A DNA stretch of 64,000 nt from assembly GCA_037133595.1 (NCBI GenBank), contig JBAXNV010000001.1, positions 30,479 to 94,478 of the forward strand, written 5' to 3'. The stretch comes from a bacterium. Its GTDB lineage: Bacteria; Patescibacteriota; Microgenomatia; UBA1400; UBA12108. Below are positions 10,201 through 19,490 of the stretch, piece by piece; position 1 is the first letter of the stretch; every line of letters begins with the position of its first letter. Under the pieces are notes generated by a model. It was not told the DNA's origin. It searched no databases and worked only from the letters and a program-made list of their open reading frames with translations. Made by a program: the position numbers and the translations under genes.

Positions 10201-11849
10201 AAAAGTATCTCCTCCTAATTATTCTTATCGTTGCAGCTACATTCCGGCTAATTGGCCTTACCATGGCACCTCCTGGTCTCAATTGGGATGAGGTAAGCAT
10301 CGGCTACAATGCTTATTCAATTCTTAAAACAGGTCGTGACGAATGGGGAGAGTTTTTACCACTTGCCTTCAAAGCCTTTGGCGAGGTTAAGTTGCCTGGT
10401 ATGATTTATGCAAGCATCCCAGCAATTGCGCTTTTTGGCGAGACAGATTTTGGGGTTCGTGCTACCCCAGCAATAATCGGAATTATTGGAGTATGTCTAA
10501 TATATTTTCTTGGCAAAGAGCTTTTTGGCAAAAAAGAGTATGGTCTAGTCTCCGCAGCACTATTAGCAATTTCTCCATGGGGAGTTCATTTTTCTCGGGT
10601 CAGTTTTGAGGCTGGATTAGCAATGGTTCTTACCATGTTTTCTGTTTATTGTCTTCTTCGTGCCAAAGAAAAACCAAGCTATTTTTGGCCCGCGATGTTA
10701 GCCGCAGTATTTGCGCTATATACCTACAATAGTGTGCGGATTTTGCTACCATTATTATTTCTGAGTTACCTTGTTCTTGGTATTATCAAAATCACCAAAA
10801 GCAATACCAAGACGTTAATCAGTGTCATTGTTGTCGGACTAATCCTTGTAATTCCAAGTGTTACCAACATTCTTAGCAAAGGTGGTCAGATCCGGTGGGG
10901 TACCGTAAGTATTACTGGGCAAAAGGGATTTTTTGACGATGTTGCAGCAAGTAGGGGATACACAAGCAGTCTCCCAGAGCCACTTCCACGAATTGTTCAA
11001 AACAAAGTAACTCATTATATTTTTGCACTAGCCAATAACTACATTCAAACATTCTCAAGCGAGTTCTTATTCTTCAAAGGTAGTACCAACACCCAGCGCT
11101 CTGTTCAGGGGATGGGAATGCTCTATCTATTTGAGCTACCCCTTCTTATCATTGGCATATCGCAACTTATAGGTAAGGACAAGTCAGGCAAATCTGCAGC
11201 ACTATTACTATTACCTTGGTTGCTACTGGCCCCCATTCCCTCAGCAATCACAACAGATGCGCCATCTTCTGTGCGCACACTAGGTATTCTCCCTGCACTT
11301 TTACTAACAGAAGCGTTGGGATCAATGGCAATTATCAAATATCTTCGCACAAGATCTAAGATCTTTTCATATTTGGCACTTGCGTTTATAGTTTGGAATA
11401 TTTCGTATTTTGGGTATCAACTATGGCTTGTTAATCCAGTCAAATATGCCGACAACTGGCTCTACGGCCAACGCGAAATGATGCAATTTGTAACCAAAAA
11501 TGAGAATAATGTAGATAGTATTTACATCACTTCCAAGTATGGCGAGCCGTATATTTATGCACTATTCTACAGTGGATATGATCCAGCAAAATATCAAACA
11601 GAGACTGTGGTGCGCAATCCTGATCCGACTGGTTGGGTACACGTATATAGCTTTGGCAAATTTCACTTTACCGACTTTGGAGGACTTGAAACTCCCAAAG
11701 AAATCTTAGCCCGTCATAAGGGTAGGATTATGATGATTGACGGGTTTGCAACTCTCCCTGGCGAGTACCACAGGGATTTAGAGATCAAGGCGCCCAACTG
11801 GATTATGATGTTTGAAGGTACCATTCAAAATGGTCAAAACCCCAATTAA
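10197..11849 (+). CDS. GT-C (PMT_2) membrane glycosyltransferase
   Basis: LNWDEVSIGYNAYSILKTGRDEWG; paralogue of 6057..7730. Confidence 0.85.
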   Translation: MKKYLLLIILIVAATFRLIGLTMAPPGLNWDEVSIGYNAYSILKTGRDEWGEFLPLAFKAFGEVKLPGMIYASIPAIALFGETDFGVRATPAIIGIIGVCLIYFLGKELFGKKEYGLVSAALLAISPWGVHFSRVSFEAGLAMVLTMFSVYCLLRAKEKPSYFWPAMLAAVFALYTYNSVRILLPLLFLSYLVLGIIKITKSNTKTLISVIVVGLILVIPSVTNILSKGGQIRWGTVSITGQKGFFDDVAASRGYTSSLPEPLPRIVQNKVTHYIFALANNYIQTFSSEFLFFKGSTNTQRSVQGMGMLYLFELPLLIIGISQLIGKDKSGKSAALLLLPWLLLAPIPSAITTDAPSSVRTLGILPALLLTEALGSMAIIKYLRTRSKIFSYLALAFIVWNISYFGYQLWLVNPVKYADNWLYGQREMMQFVTKNENNVDSIYITSKYGEPYIYALFYSGYDPAKYQTETVVRNPDPTGWVHVYSFGKFHFTDFGGLETPKEILARHKGRIMMIDGFATLPGEYHRDLEIKAPNWIMMFEGTIQNGQNPN

Positions 11850-13073
11850 TATGAGTAATATTCCAGCTGGTAATAAGCGGTAACTAGGCAATTGATTACT
11901 CACGATATATATAAGTTGTGCAAATGGGGCAAATGGCGTGTTGGGCATAGGATACATTGCGGTAGTTATGGCCCCCACAGCCGCAACAAATATTGAGTAC
12001 CCAAATAGTAACACAAATATCTTCCTTGCCCACGCACCTAGTTTCTCCCACCCACTAGCGGCAAGTAGGGAGAGTAATGGTAGAGTTGGTAGTAGATATC
12101 GAGGTCCATATTGATACCCTCCAAACGTTTGTTGAGTACAGATATGTAGTAACTGCAAGGTAGGTATTATAACTGCAGCATACGCTAGCATCCTTGATGT
12201 TTGCCTAAGCTTTTTATACCCAATAATCCCAAACAACAATATTGGTGAAAAAGCCCACAAAGCGCTCTTTGGGTCGGTCAAATAAAAATTTATATGTGCG
12301 GCAAAATTGGCTATATCCCACATGGGCATTGTGTCAGCTATTTTTCCGGCAAGATTGGGGAAAAGTAAAGGATTGCCAAAGTTGAGATAGTTAAACACCA
12401 AAGAAGGAGCGAGGCCAGTGGCAACTCCAGTTCCATATCGAATCAGTATTTTTACTTCTTTCGTTATCAAAAGTATCAAAATCCCAAGCCCCAAGGGTAG
12501 GGTTAATGGCAGCATCGAAAAAAACAGAGTCATTCCAGCAGCAATTCCGGCCGAGATATATCGTTTACAATAAACGAGATATACTGCCACAAATCCTACC
12601 ATCATTGCATAAATATCATGGTGCGATACCCCAGCATAAGGCCAGGCAATAGTGCCAAGCACAAAGATAGCCGGAGCCAAATATGATTTAGATATCAAGA
12701 ATAACAAAGTCGCGACAATTGCCATGCCAACGCCCGATGTCATCATTGTAATAATGTTGCTAGCATAGTCGTAGTGATGTTTCCATTCGATGCCAACATA
12801 TTTTAGGGGAGTATAAATTATTGATCCAACAATCGTTTGACCTGGCTGTTTCAATGGGAAAACTTGGTTTTGGTAGCGGAAAGTTTCATCACCCTCCACG
12901 AGATTAAACCCAGGAATAGCTTGATCTAATAGTCCAAAAGTACCATGATCGCTTAACCCAGCTATAGTTGCATTTTGTAGCCCAAAGTACTTTGCGTTTA
13001 AGCTATTAATTGGGCAAGTTACAACCCCCCATGCGATAAAAAACACGCTAGTAGCAAAGCGCCAATCTTTCAT
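11778..13073 (-). CDS. Multi-TM membrane protein, probable GT-C fold glycosyltransferase
   Basis: K.PG, YNY..FGNP-like segment, GG..YGPRYLLP; TATCAT 6 nt before ATG 13073. Confidence 0.65.
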   Translation of the reverse strand: MKDWRFATSVFFIAWGVVTCPINSLNAKYFGLQNATIAGLSDHGTFGLLDQAIPGFNLVEGDETFRYQNQVFPLKQPGQTIVGSIIYTPLKYVGIEWKHHYDYASNIITMMTSGVGMAIVATLLFLISKSYLAPAIFVLGTIAWPYAGVSHHDIYAMMVGFVAVYLVYCKRYISAGIAAGMTLFFSMLPLTLPLGLGILILLITKEVKILIRYGTGVATGLAPSLVFNYLNFGNPLLFPNLAGKIADTMPMWDIANFAAHINFYLTDPKSALWAFSPILLFGIIGYKKLRQTSRMLAYAAVIIPTLQLLHICTQQTFGGYQYGPRYLLPTLPLLSLLAASGWEKLGAWARKIFVLLFGYSIFVAAVGAITTAMYPMPNTPFAPFAQLIYIVSNQLPSYRLLPAGILLILIGVLTILNGTFKHHNPVGRLDL

Positions 13074-13101
13074 AGTGTAATGATACAATAACCAATACAA
13101 G
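13074..13101. promoter_or_regulatory. Putative bidirectional promoter with overlapping -10 hexamers
   Basis: Minus-strand TATCAT (13080-85) overlaps plus-strand TGnTACAAT (13081-89) in a 28-bp gap between divergent ATGs. Confidence 0.55.
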
Positions 13102-14133
13102 ATGAAAGTAGTCATTAGTCACAAACCATTACATTCTGGTAGCAAAACACGTGGTGTTGGCGTATATACCCACGAGCTAATCAATGCTTTTCACAAATAC
13201 TTCCCCGAAACCAGGCTAATAGCTAGTTCCAAGGATTATTATCACGAAGATGCCGATCTTGTTCATTTTCCTTTTTTCGATCCATTTTTTTTATCTCTCC
13301 CTAGTCACTTCAAAAAACCTACCATCATTACAATTCATGATCTAACTCCTCTTAAGTTTCCAACTCATTTCCCGTCTGGACTCAAAGGCAAAATTAAACT
13401 TTGGATGCAAACAATTAGAGCTCGTCGAGCCAACAAGATCATTACGGATTCCGAGTGCAGCAAAAGAGACATTGTGGAGATGCTTGGTATTGTCGCCGAT
13501 CAAATAGTTGTTATCCCGCTAGCTCATACCAAAGAAAAGGTACCAACGGTAATGGCCAGAAAAATTGCCGGCAAGTACAAACTACCAGATAGATATATTC
13601 TTTACGTTGGTGACATCAACTGGAACAAGAATATAGTTGGGCTAATAAAGTCCTTCTCTGCTCTTGAAGACGATAACATTCACTTAGTTTTAGTTGGTAA
13701 GGTTTTTGGCGACATGCCCAAAATCCCAGAGTGGAAGGATATCGATCAGGCAATTGAGAACTCAAATAAAAAAGACATGATACATCTTCTTGGATACGTA
13801 CCTTCGCACCACCTTCCAGTGCTTTATGCCAACGCCACTTTATACGTGCAACCCAGTTGGTATGAGGGCTTTGGACTCCCTTTACTAGAGGCAATGACGT
13901 ATGGTTGCCCAGTTGCAAGTAGCAATAGAGGTAGTTTACCAGAGGTTGGTGGTGATGCTGTTGTGTATTTTGATCCAGACAAAGATATGACACAAGTTAT
14001 TGCAGATATTCTCTCCAATACTCGCAAACGCAATTCCCTAGTGCAAAAAGGACTCGAACGTGTCAAACTTTTCTCATGGGAGAAAACAGCCAGTGAAACA
14101 AAACAAGTCTATGAACAAGTTGTGGGGAAGTAA
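13102..14133 (+). CDS. GT4 glycosyltransferase (MtfB-like)
   Basis: RGVGVY, ITIHDL.P, KN, PS.YEGFGLP.LEAM, SLPEV.GD. Confidence 0.9.
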   Translation: MKVVISHKPLHSGSKTRGVGVYTHELINAFHKYFPETRLIASSKDYYHEDADLVHFPFFDPFFLSLPSHFKKPTIITIHDLTPLKFPTHFPSGLKGKIKLWMQTIRARRANKIITDSECSKRDIVEMLGIVADQIVVIPLAHTKEKVPTVMARKIAGKYKLPDRYILYVGDINWNKNIVGLIKSFSALEDDNIHLVLVGKVFGDMPKIPEWKDIDQAIENSNKKDMIHLLGYVPSHHLPVLYANATLYVQPSWYEGFGLPLLEAMTYGCPVASSNRGSLPEVGGDAVVYFDPDKDMTQVIADILSNTRKRNSLVQKGLERVKLFSWEKTASETKQVYEQVVGK

Positions 14134-14142
14134 TATAACAAT

Positions 14143-15252
14143 ATGATTTCAAAAATATTATCCAAGTATCGCCAGTGGATTATGATAGCTAGTCTTTTTA
14201 TTTTGATTACAACCATCTTCTATGGAGTATATTACAAGTTGTATGGTAGCCTAGACATAATCTATAAAGCATGGGATGGTCCAAGTTATGTCGTGGTAGC
14301 CAAAAGCTTGTACGATCCCAAGTTGGCTGTTGCCAATAACATTATTCATTCAGTTGATATCAACGAGAAATGGACTTGGCTGCCTGCCCACTTTCCAGCT
14401 ATGCCTTTATTAATTCGTGCTTTTTCATTTATCGGTTTCTTCCAGGCCATGATTGTTCTTACCTTGCTTTCATCACTCGCCGCAACACTCGCGCTCTATG
14501 AGTTTTTCAAAGCTATAAAGATTACCAAACATCCATTTTGGTTAACTCTCCCATTTCTTTTTCTTTCCCCGCGCTGGTTTATTGTAAGTCATACGGGTAG
14601 TTCGGAGCCGCTTTTTATGGCCTTGATGCTAGTCTCTTTTACATTTTTTACCAAAAAGAATATGGTTAAGTCGGCGATATTTGCCGCCTTATGCATGCTC
14701 GTTCGGCCGCAAGGAGTTTTTTTGGGGTTAGGATACGGTATAGTCGCTTTAATCGAGCTGATCAAAACCAGGCAGTTTGAGCTCATCATTCGCAAATATA
14801 TTTATTACCTCTTAATCCCTGTAGCGCTCGTTGGCGTATTCACTTTTTATTACTTTCGCACAGGAGATTTCTTTGCTTTCTTCTCAGCCATAGCTTTGTT
14901 TAAGCATTTTCAATTCTCTCTTTTCCCCACCTTCAACTTCCCCGCAGCCAATGTTGAAACATTTTGGCAGGAGATCAATGCGCTCATGTTTGTACTTGCT
15001 GGTTCCGCATGTCTGATGGTGCTCAGAAGAAGAGTTTGGTGGCTAGGAGTCATTAGTCTTACATTTCTGGCGCCACTTTTATTTATGCAGCACTCCGATA
15101 TAAGTCGTTATCTTATCCCGCTTTTACCCGTGATGTTTGTTGCTTATCAGCCAATCCTAGAGCGCAAGAGTTTTATTGTTGGGGTTATTCTCATGGCGCC
15201 TGCAATCATGCGTTACGCTCTCAACTTTTTGCATTTTAACCACGCGATATGA
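14143..15252 (+). CDS. GT-C fold membrane glycosyltransferase
   Basis: WDGP.Y..VAKSLY, H.PA.PL, SSEPLF, RPQG, RY. Confidence 0.7.
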   Translation: MISKILSKYRQWIMIASLFILITTIFYGVYYKLYGSLDIIYKAWDGPSYVVVAKSLYDPKLAVANNIIHSVDINEKWTWLPAHFPAMPLLIRAFSFIGFFQAMIVLTLLSSLAATLALYEFFKAIKITKHPFWLTLPFLFLSPRWFIVSHTGSSEPLFMALMLVSFTFFTKKNMVKSAIFAALCMLVRPQGVFLGLGYGIVALIELIKTRQFELIIRKYIYYLLIPVALVGVFTFYYFRTGDFFAFFSAIALFKHFQFSLFPTFNFPAANVETFWQEINALMFVLAGSACLMVLRRRVWWLGVISLTFLAPLLFMQHSDISRYLIPLLPVMFVAYQPILERKSFIVGVILMAPAIMRYALNFLHFNHAI

Positions 15253-16310
15253 GTCAAGAGGTTCCCATGGAATCCAAATCACGTATCGTGATATTTGATT
15301 ATCTTCGCGTCATCCTCGCTTTTTTTGTCGTTGCCATTCATGCTGACACAATCACCTCATCTCCAACCAATTATCTTGGAGGTGCTTCATGGTGGTTGGC
15401 TGCAATACTCAATTCTCTTGGTAGGGTTTCAGTGCCATTATTTATTATGTTAAGTGGAGCTCTGGCATTAAGTCCAATTTCGAAGGTCAAATCTATTTCA
15501 ACAATCTTTCAAAGGCTCGGCATTCCTCTTCTTTTTTGGACAGCTTGTTATAATTTGTGGAACGTCTTTTATCTTCACAATTCATTCTCATATTCCGTTG
15601 GGCATCTATATTATCTTTTCATTGCGCTTGGCCTTGGCCTAGTCACTCCATATTTACGTAATCACCCAAACCTTCTTCGTATCCGTTATGGATTGATCTT
15701 ACTGGGCATCTCGATCTCAATTGATATTATTCATTTCTTCACGGGTTGGGGCAATTTTTTCTTTTCGATACCGATACTATGGACTTTGTATCTTGGCTAT
15801 TTTATCTTAGGATTATCCTGGAAATATAAAATAAATCAGGTCATTACATATTTATCAATTATATTTCTTGCTGTTTGTGGAGCCTACTCGCTATATATTG
15901 GGAACTGGTCAGATATTCATGGATCATCTGCGTGGTGGATAGTTCCAGCTGGTAACTACTATTGGAGCCATTTTGCCCCAAACATTGTCATCTCAGTAAT
16001 TGTTATTTGGTCAACAATCAATTACTTACGCTCTTACATTGGTAACTCGTCCATAAACAAATTAGTAGCCAATTTGGGATCAGCAACCTATGGGATCTAT
16101 CTAGTCCATCCTTTTATTTTGGGATTTATGGAGCGTCAACTTGGGTTTGAGGTTCATCTTATAACTGGCAATTTGGCACTTTATTATAGTGTCAAAATAT
16201 TCGTTGCTTTGATACTTTCATATGGGTTAGTATTAGCGCTAAAGCGAACACGTGTGGGGTCCGTAGTTCTTGGCGACATATTGCAAACGCAAAATAAAAA
16301 GCTATCATAA
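15249..16310 (+). CDS. Acyltransferase family 3 (glycan O-acyltransferase)
   Basis: D.LR..LA..VV.IH, VPLF.MLSG, R..IP, HLYY, YGIYLVH. Confidence 0.85.
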   Translation: MSQEVPMESKSRIVIFDYLRVILAFFVVAIHADTITSSPTNYLGGASWWLAAILNSLGRVSVPLFIMLSGALALSPISKVKSISTIFQRLGIPLLFWTACYNLWNVFYLHNSFSYSVGHLYYLFIALGLGLVTPYLRNHPNLLRIRYGLILLGISISIDIIHFFTGWGNFFFSIPILWTLYLGYFILGLSWKYKINQVITYLSIIFLAVCGAYSLYIGNWSDIHGSSAWWIVPAGNYYWSHFAPNIVISVIVIWSTINYLRSYIGNSSINKLVANLGSATYGIYLVHPFILGFMERQLGFEVHLITGNLALYYSVKIFVALILSYGLVLALKRTRVGSVVLGDILQTQNKKLS

Positions 16311-16314
16311 AACC

Positions 16315-16647
16315 ATGTCAGCAAAAATATCCAGTCAAAACGAACCAGCTACAAAAGGTGAGTTAAAGAGAGTAGAAACCGTGCTAAAGACGGATATTAA
16401 GAACATCCAGGTTGATGTATCTCAGTTAAAGGTCGACGTTTCTCAGCTCAAAGTAGATATGAAAGAAGTCAAAACAACGATTGTTACCATGTCTCAGCAA
16501 CTAGATTGGTTATACAAACGCGAGCTTAATAAACAAGAAGAGGGGCTAATCCACGATAATCGTCATGAAGAGGTCGAAGACAAGCTGGTAAATCACGAGA
16601 CGCGCATTGTAGGTGTTGAGAAATTTGTCAAATTGGTAACAGCGTAA
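16315..16647 (+). CDS. Small coiled-coil protein with heptad repeats
   Basis: VDVSQLK x2 and ATK.EL; TTGCAA-16-TATCAT-6-ATG upstream. Confidence 0.65.
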   Translation: MSAKISSQNEPATKGELKRVETVLKTDIKNIQVDVSQLKVDVSQLKVDMKEVKTTIVTMSQQLDWLYKRELNKQEEGLIHDNRHEEVEDKLVNHETRIVGVEKFVKLVTA

Positions 16648-16675
16648 TCTATTTTCCAAGGTTATAATAGCGCAT

Positions 16676-17401
16676 ATGTCACTTTCATTCGTTCAGCTCA
16701 ATATCGAATCAGACAAGCATCTTAGCGAGGTGAAAAGGATTTTCCAAGCTCAACCCGACGTCGTGCATCTGCAGGAAGTTTTTCGCGCCGATGCCGAGGA
16801 GCTTGCTTCCCAGTATGGATATTATTGTCACTACGCTCCCCATGTGATTTTCGAGGATGCAAGTGCCAAGTTCAACCCGCGCGGGGAGTGGGGTGTGGCA
16901 ATCCTTACCAAGGCCAAGCAATCCAACTGCCAAACAGAATATTATCGTTACCAGGGCACGCCAGTGAAAGCTCAACTCGATGCCCAGGATCATCCTCGTG
17001 CAATCATTAGCTGCGACATCGAGGTAGAAGAGCAAGTCTACACTTTTGCCACTCTTCACTTTACCTGGGCCATGCCAGTAGATGCCGATCGTCTCCAAAA
17101 AGAAGACCTCGAAAGACTCTTATCAATCCTCAAGAAATATTCTAGTTTAGTTCTCTCTGGCGATTTCAATGCACCTCGCGGTAGTCTCGTACAAACCGAG
17201 CTCGCGAGTCGCTACCAATACCACATCCCCAGGATCATCAACACCACAATTGACAATAGTCTCCACCGTGCCGCTCCACTTTTCTTGGTAGTAGATCATC
17301 TATTTGCTACCCCCGATTACAAGATCACCAACGTGCGTGTAGAGTCAGGCTATTCCGATCATTGTGCAATTTTTGCGAGTATCACAAAAGTTACCACTTA
17401 A
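16676..17401 (+). CDS. Endonuclease/exonuclease/phosphatase family protein
   Basis: LNIE, LQEV, G.AIL, GDFN, VDH.F, SDH. Confidence 0.9.
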   Translation: MSLSFVQLNIESDKHLSEVKRIFQAQPDVVHLQEVFRADAEELASQYGYYCHYAPHVIFEDASAKFNPRGEWGVAILTKAKQSNCQTEYYRYQGTPVKAQLDAQDHPRAIISCDIEVEEQVYTFATLHFTWAMPVDADRLQKEDLERLLSILKKYSSLVLSGDFNAPRGSLVQTELASRYQYHIPRIINTTIDNSLHRAAPLFLVVDHLFATPDYKITNVRVESGYSDHCAIFASITKVTT

Positions 17402-18056
17402 TCTCGGTCTTTCCCGTTTTTTGCAAATAAGCATTAGTTTTAGAGAATGGTTTCGATCCAAAAAATCCGTTGTAAGCCGAGAATGGCGAAGGGTGTGGCG
17501 ACTCAATCACCAGGTGTTTGTTTTTATCAATAGTCGCGCCTTTTTGTTTGGCATAGTTACCCCACAGCACAAATACTAAATTCTCTTTCTTATCAGACAA
17601 AACTCGGATAACGGCATCAGTAAATTCTTCCCAGCCTTTTTTTTGGTGCGATCCAGCATCGCTCTTGGCGACGGTCAAAGTTGCGTTAAGTAAAAGTACT
17701 CCTTGCTTCGCCCAACCTTCCAGATCTCCTTGTGGAAAGTTTGTTGCATGCCCAAGATCAGTCACGATTTCTTTAAAGATATTCTGTACCGATGGTGGCA
17801 GGCGCACTCCATTGTTAACCGCAAAGCATAGACCATTGGCTTGCCCAGGTTCGTGATATGGATCTTGCCCAAGGATTACAACTTTGACCTTGTCAAACGG
17901 CGTAAGTTCAAAGGCCCGAAAAATCAGGGAAGGGGGAGGATAGATAATTGCTTCTTGATATTGTTTTTTGACAAATTCGGTAAGTTTACCAAAGTATTCT
18001 TTCTCAAACTCTTCTTCCAATACATTCATCCAACTTGGCTCAATCTTTACGTTCAT
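17391..18056 (-). CDS. ung: Uracil-DNA glycosylase (family 1)
   Basis: GQDPYH, PPS..NI, QGVLLLNA, LWG, HPSP. Confidence 0.96.
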   Translation of the reverse strand: MNVKIEPSWMNVLEEEFEKEYFGKLTEFVKKQYQEAIIYPPPSLIFRAFELTPFDKVKVVILGQDPYHEPGQANGLCFAVNNGVRLPPSVQNIFKEIVTDLGHATNFPQGDLEGWAKQGVLLLNATLTVAKSDAGSHQKKGWEEFTDAVIRVLSDKKENLVFVLWGNYAKQKGATIDKNKHLVIESPHPSPFSAYNGFFGSKPFSKTNAYLQKTGKTEIKW

Positions 18057-18175
18057 ATGAAATGACTGTATCACATCTTGATATCTTGATAAACCCATAC
18101 ATACAACAACATATTGACATTCGGGTACTATTTGGTAGATATTGATATTGGTATATGTGAGTATGGGAGGGCAAA

Positions 18176-18520
18176 ATGGGATATTTAATAAAGTACTTCA
18201 AGCACAATAATGAAGAACCTATAGAAGAGTATCTATCCAATAGTGATGAAACGACGAGAGGAAAGATAGTTAGACAGATAGCGTATATATATGAGTACGG
18301 TATTAATCCCAATATCCCAAGATTCAAAAAATTAGTTGGTTACAATATTTGGGAGGCGAGGGTATTGGGGAAAGATAATATACGCATATTTTGTTGCAGC
18401 AATTTGGGAGTAATATACATATTGCATATATTCAGGAAAAAATCACAAAAAACACAAAAAAAAGACCTTCAAATTGGCGAGAAAAGATATAATATCGTGT
18501 TGACAGGTAATATCCAATAA
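18176..18520 (+). CDS. RelE/HigB (Gp49-like) type II toxin
   Basis: IWE.R, RIF, LH.F.KKSQKT; lies upstream of an HTH antitoxin. Confidence 0.8.
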   Translation: MGYLIKYFKHNNEEPIEEYLSNSDETTRGKIVRQIAYIYEYGINPNIPRFKKLVGYNIWEARVLGKDNIRIFCCSNLGVIYILHIFRKKSQKTQKKDLQIGEKRYNIVLTGNIQ

Positions 18521-18528
18521 GATATCAT
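18500..18528 (+). promoter_or_regulatory. sigma70-type promoter for the antitoxin within an inverted repeat
   Basis: TTGACA(18500-05)-17-TATCAT(18523-28), 6 nt before ATG; GTTGACA...TGTCAAC and ATATC-N6-GATAT dyads. Confidence 0.65.
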
Positions 18529-18534
18529 GTCAAC

Positions 18535-18819
18535 ATGAGCAAGCAAATAAACGATTTTGAAGAATCACTAAAAAAATATCTAAAAGATCCTGGGTTCAAA
18601 AAAATCTGGGAGGATAGTGAGGCTGATTATCAAATTGGAAAATTATTGATAGAGGCGCGGATGAAGCAAAGAATATCCCAACGCGCTCTCGCCAAATCCA
18701 TCGGTACGACCCAGGCAGTTCTCTCTAGGATTGAGTCCAATACAACTAGCCCTACATTTCGCATGGCGGCCAAAATTGCACGAGGGCTGGGCAAAAGATT
18801 GCAAGTTAGATTTGTCTAG
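18535..18819 (+). CDS. HigA-like XRE-family antitoxin
   Basis: L.DP.FK..W, R....SQ..LA..IGT.Q..LSRIE. Confidence 0.85.
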   Translation: MSKQINDFEESLKKYLKDPGFKKIWEDSEADYQIGKLLIEARMKQRISQRALAKSIGTTQAVLSRIESNTTSPTFRMAAKIARGLGKRLQVRFV

Positions 18820-18854
18820 TTGCATCCTTCAACTAGTTTAGTATTATTACAGTA

Positions 18855-19460
18855 ATGGCAACTGATATTGATCTATCAGAAAGAGCGAGTGAAAGCGGCA
18901 AAAAGGTGGGGCGCAGCGTCTCCATTAATGGTATTCATGCCGTCGACATGACGCTTGAGAAAAGCGAAAACCTAAACGATCCCATGCTTAATCTCAATAT
19001 TCAGCTCAACAATCCTCTCGGTAGGCTCTGGCTCGCTATTCAAAGGATCTGGAAGAGCCAAAGTACCGTAATTGCGCTCAAGTTTACCATCCCTTTGCTA
19101 GTTCTCCCAATCGCAATTTACGTGGGGTATAGATTGTGGCAAGGCAGGGGAGTAAGTGTACCTATGAGCAAACTCGGTATCGTGCATGAGGTCAAGGTAT
19201 CGGGTGATCCACGCGATATTCTCGTACTCCCTACAAGCGACGTATATATGCTCGAATATGGCCAAGACTTTGTACCTGCCACACGCATGACCGAAAAGCC
19301 AGTGGTAGTAATCGGTACTTACAACAACCTAAGTAACACTCTCTCGGTACAAGCTATCCTCGCATACAACCCCGCCGATATCCCCACCTCTCCCATCACT
19401 TCATACACTCAGCCCACAATGTGGGATACCATCCTCAAATTTGTGGATCAATTCCGCTAA
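18855..19460 (+). CDS. Hypothetical single-pass membrane protein
   Basis: Long ORF with one TM helix; TATTAT 7 nt before ATG. Confidence 0.6.
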   Translation: MATDIDLSERASESGKKVGRSVSINGIHAVDMTLEKSENLNDPMLNLNIQLNNPLGRLWLAIQRIWKSQSTVIALKFTIPLLVLPIAIYVGYRLWQGRGVSVPMSKLGIVHEVKVSGDPRDILVLPTSDVYMLEYGQDFVPATRMTEKPVVVIGTYNNLSNTLSVQAILAYNPADIPTSPITSYTQPTMWDTILKFVDQFR

Positions 19461-19490
19461 TTTACGCACCAATGGCCGTATAATAAAGTT

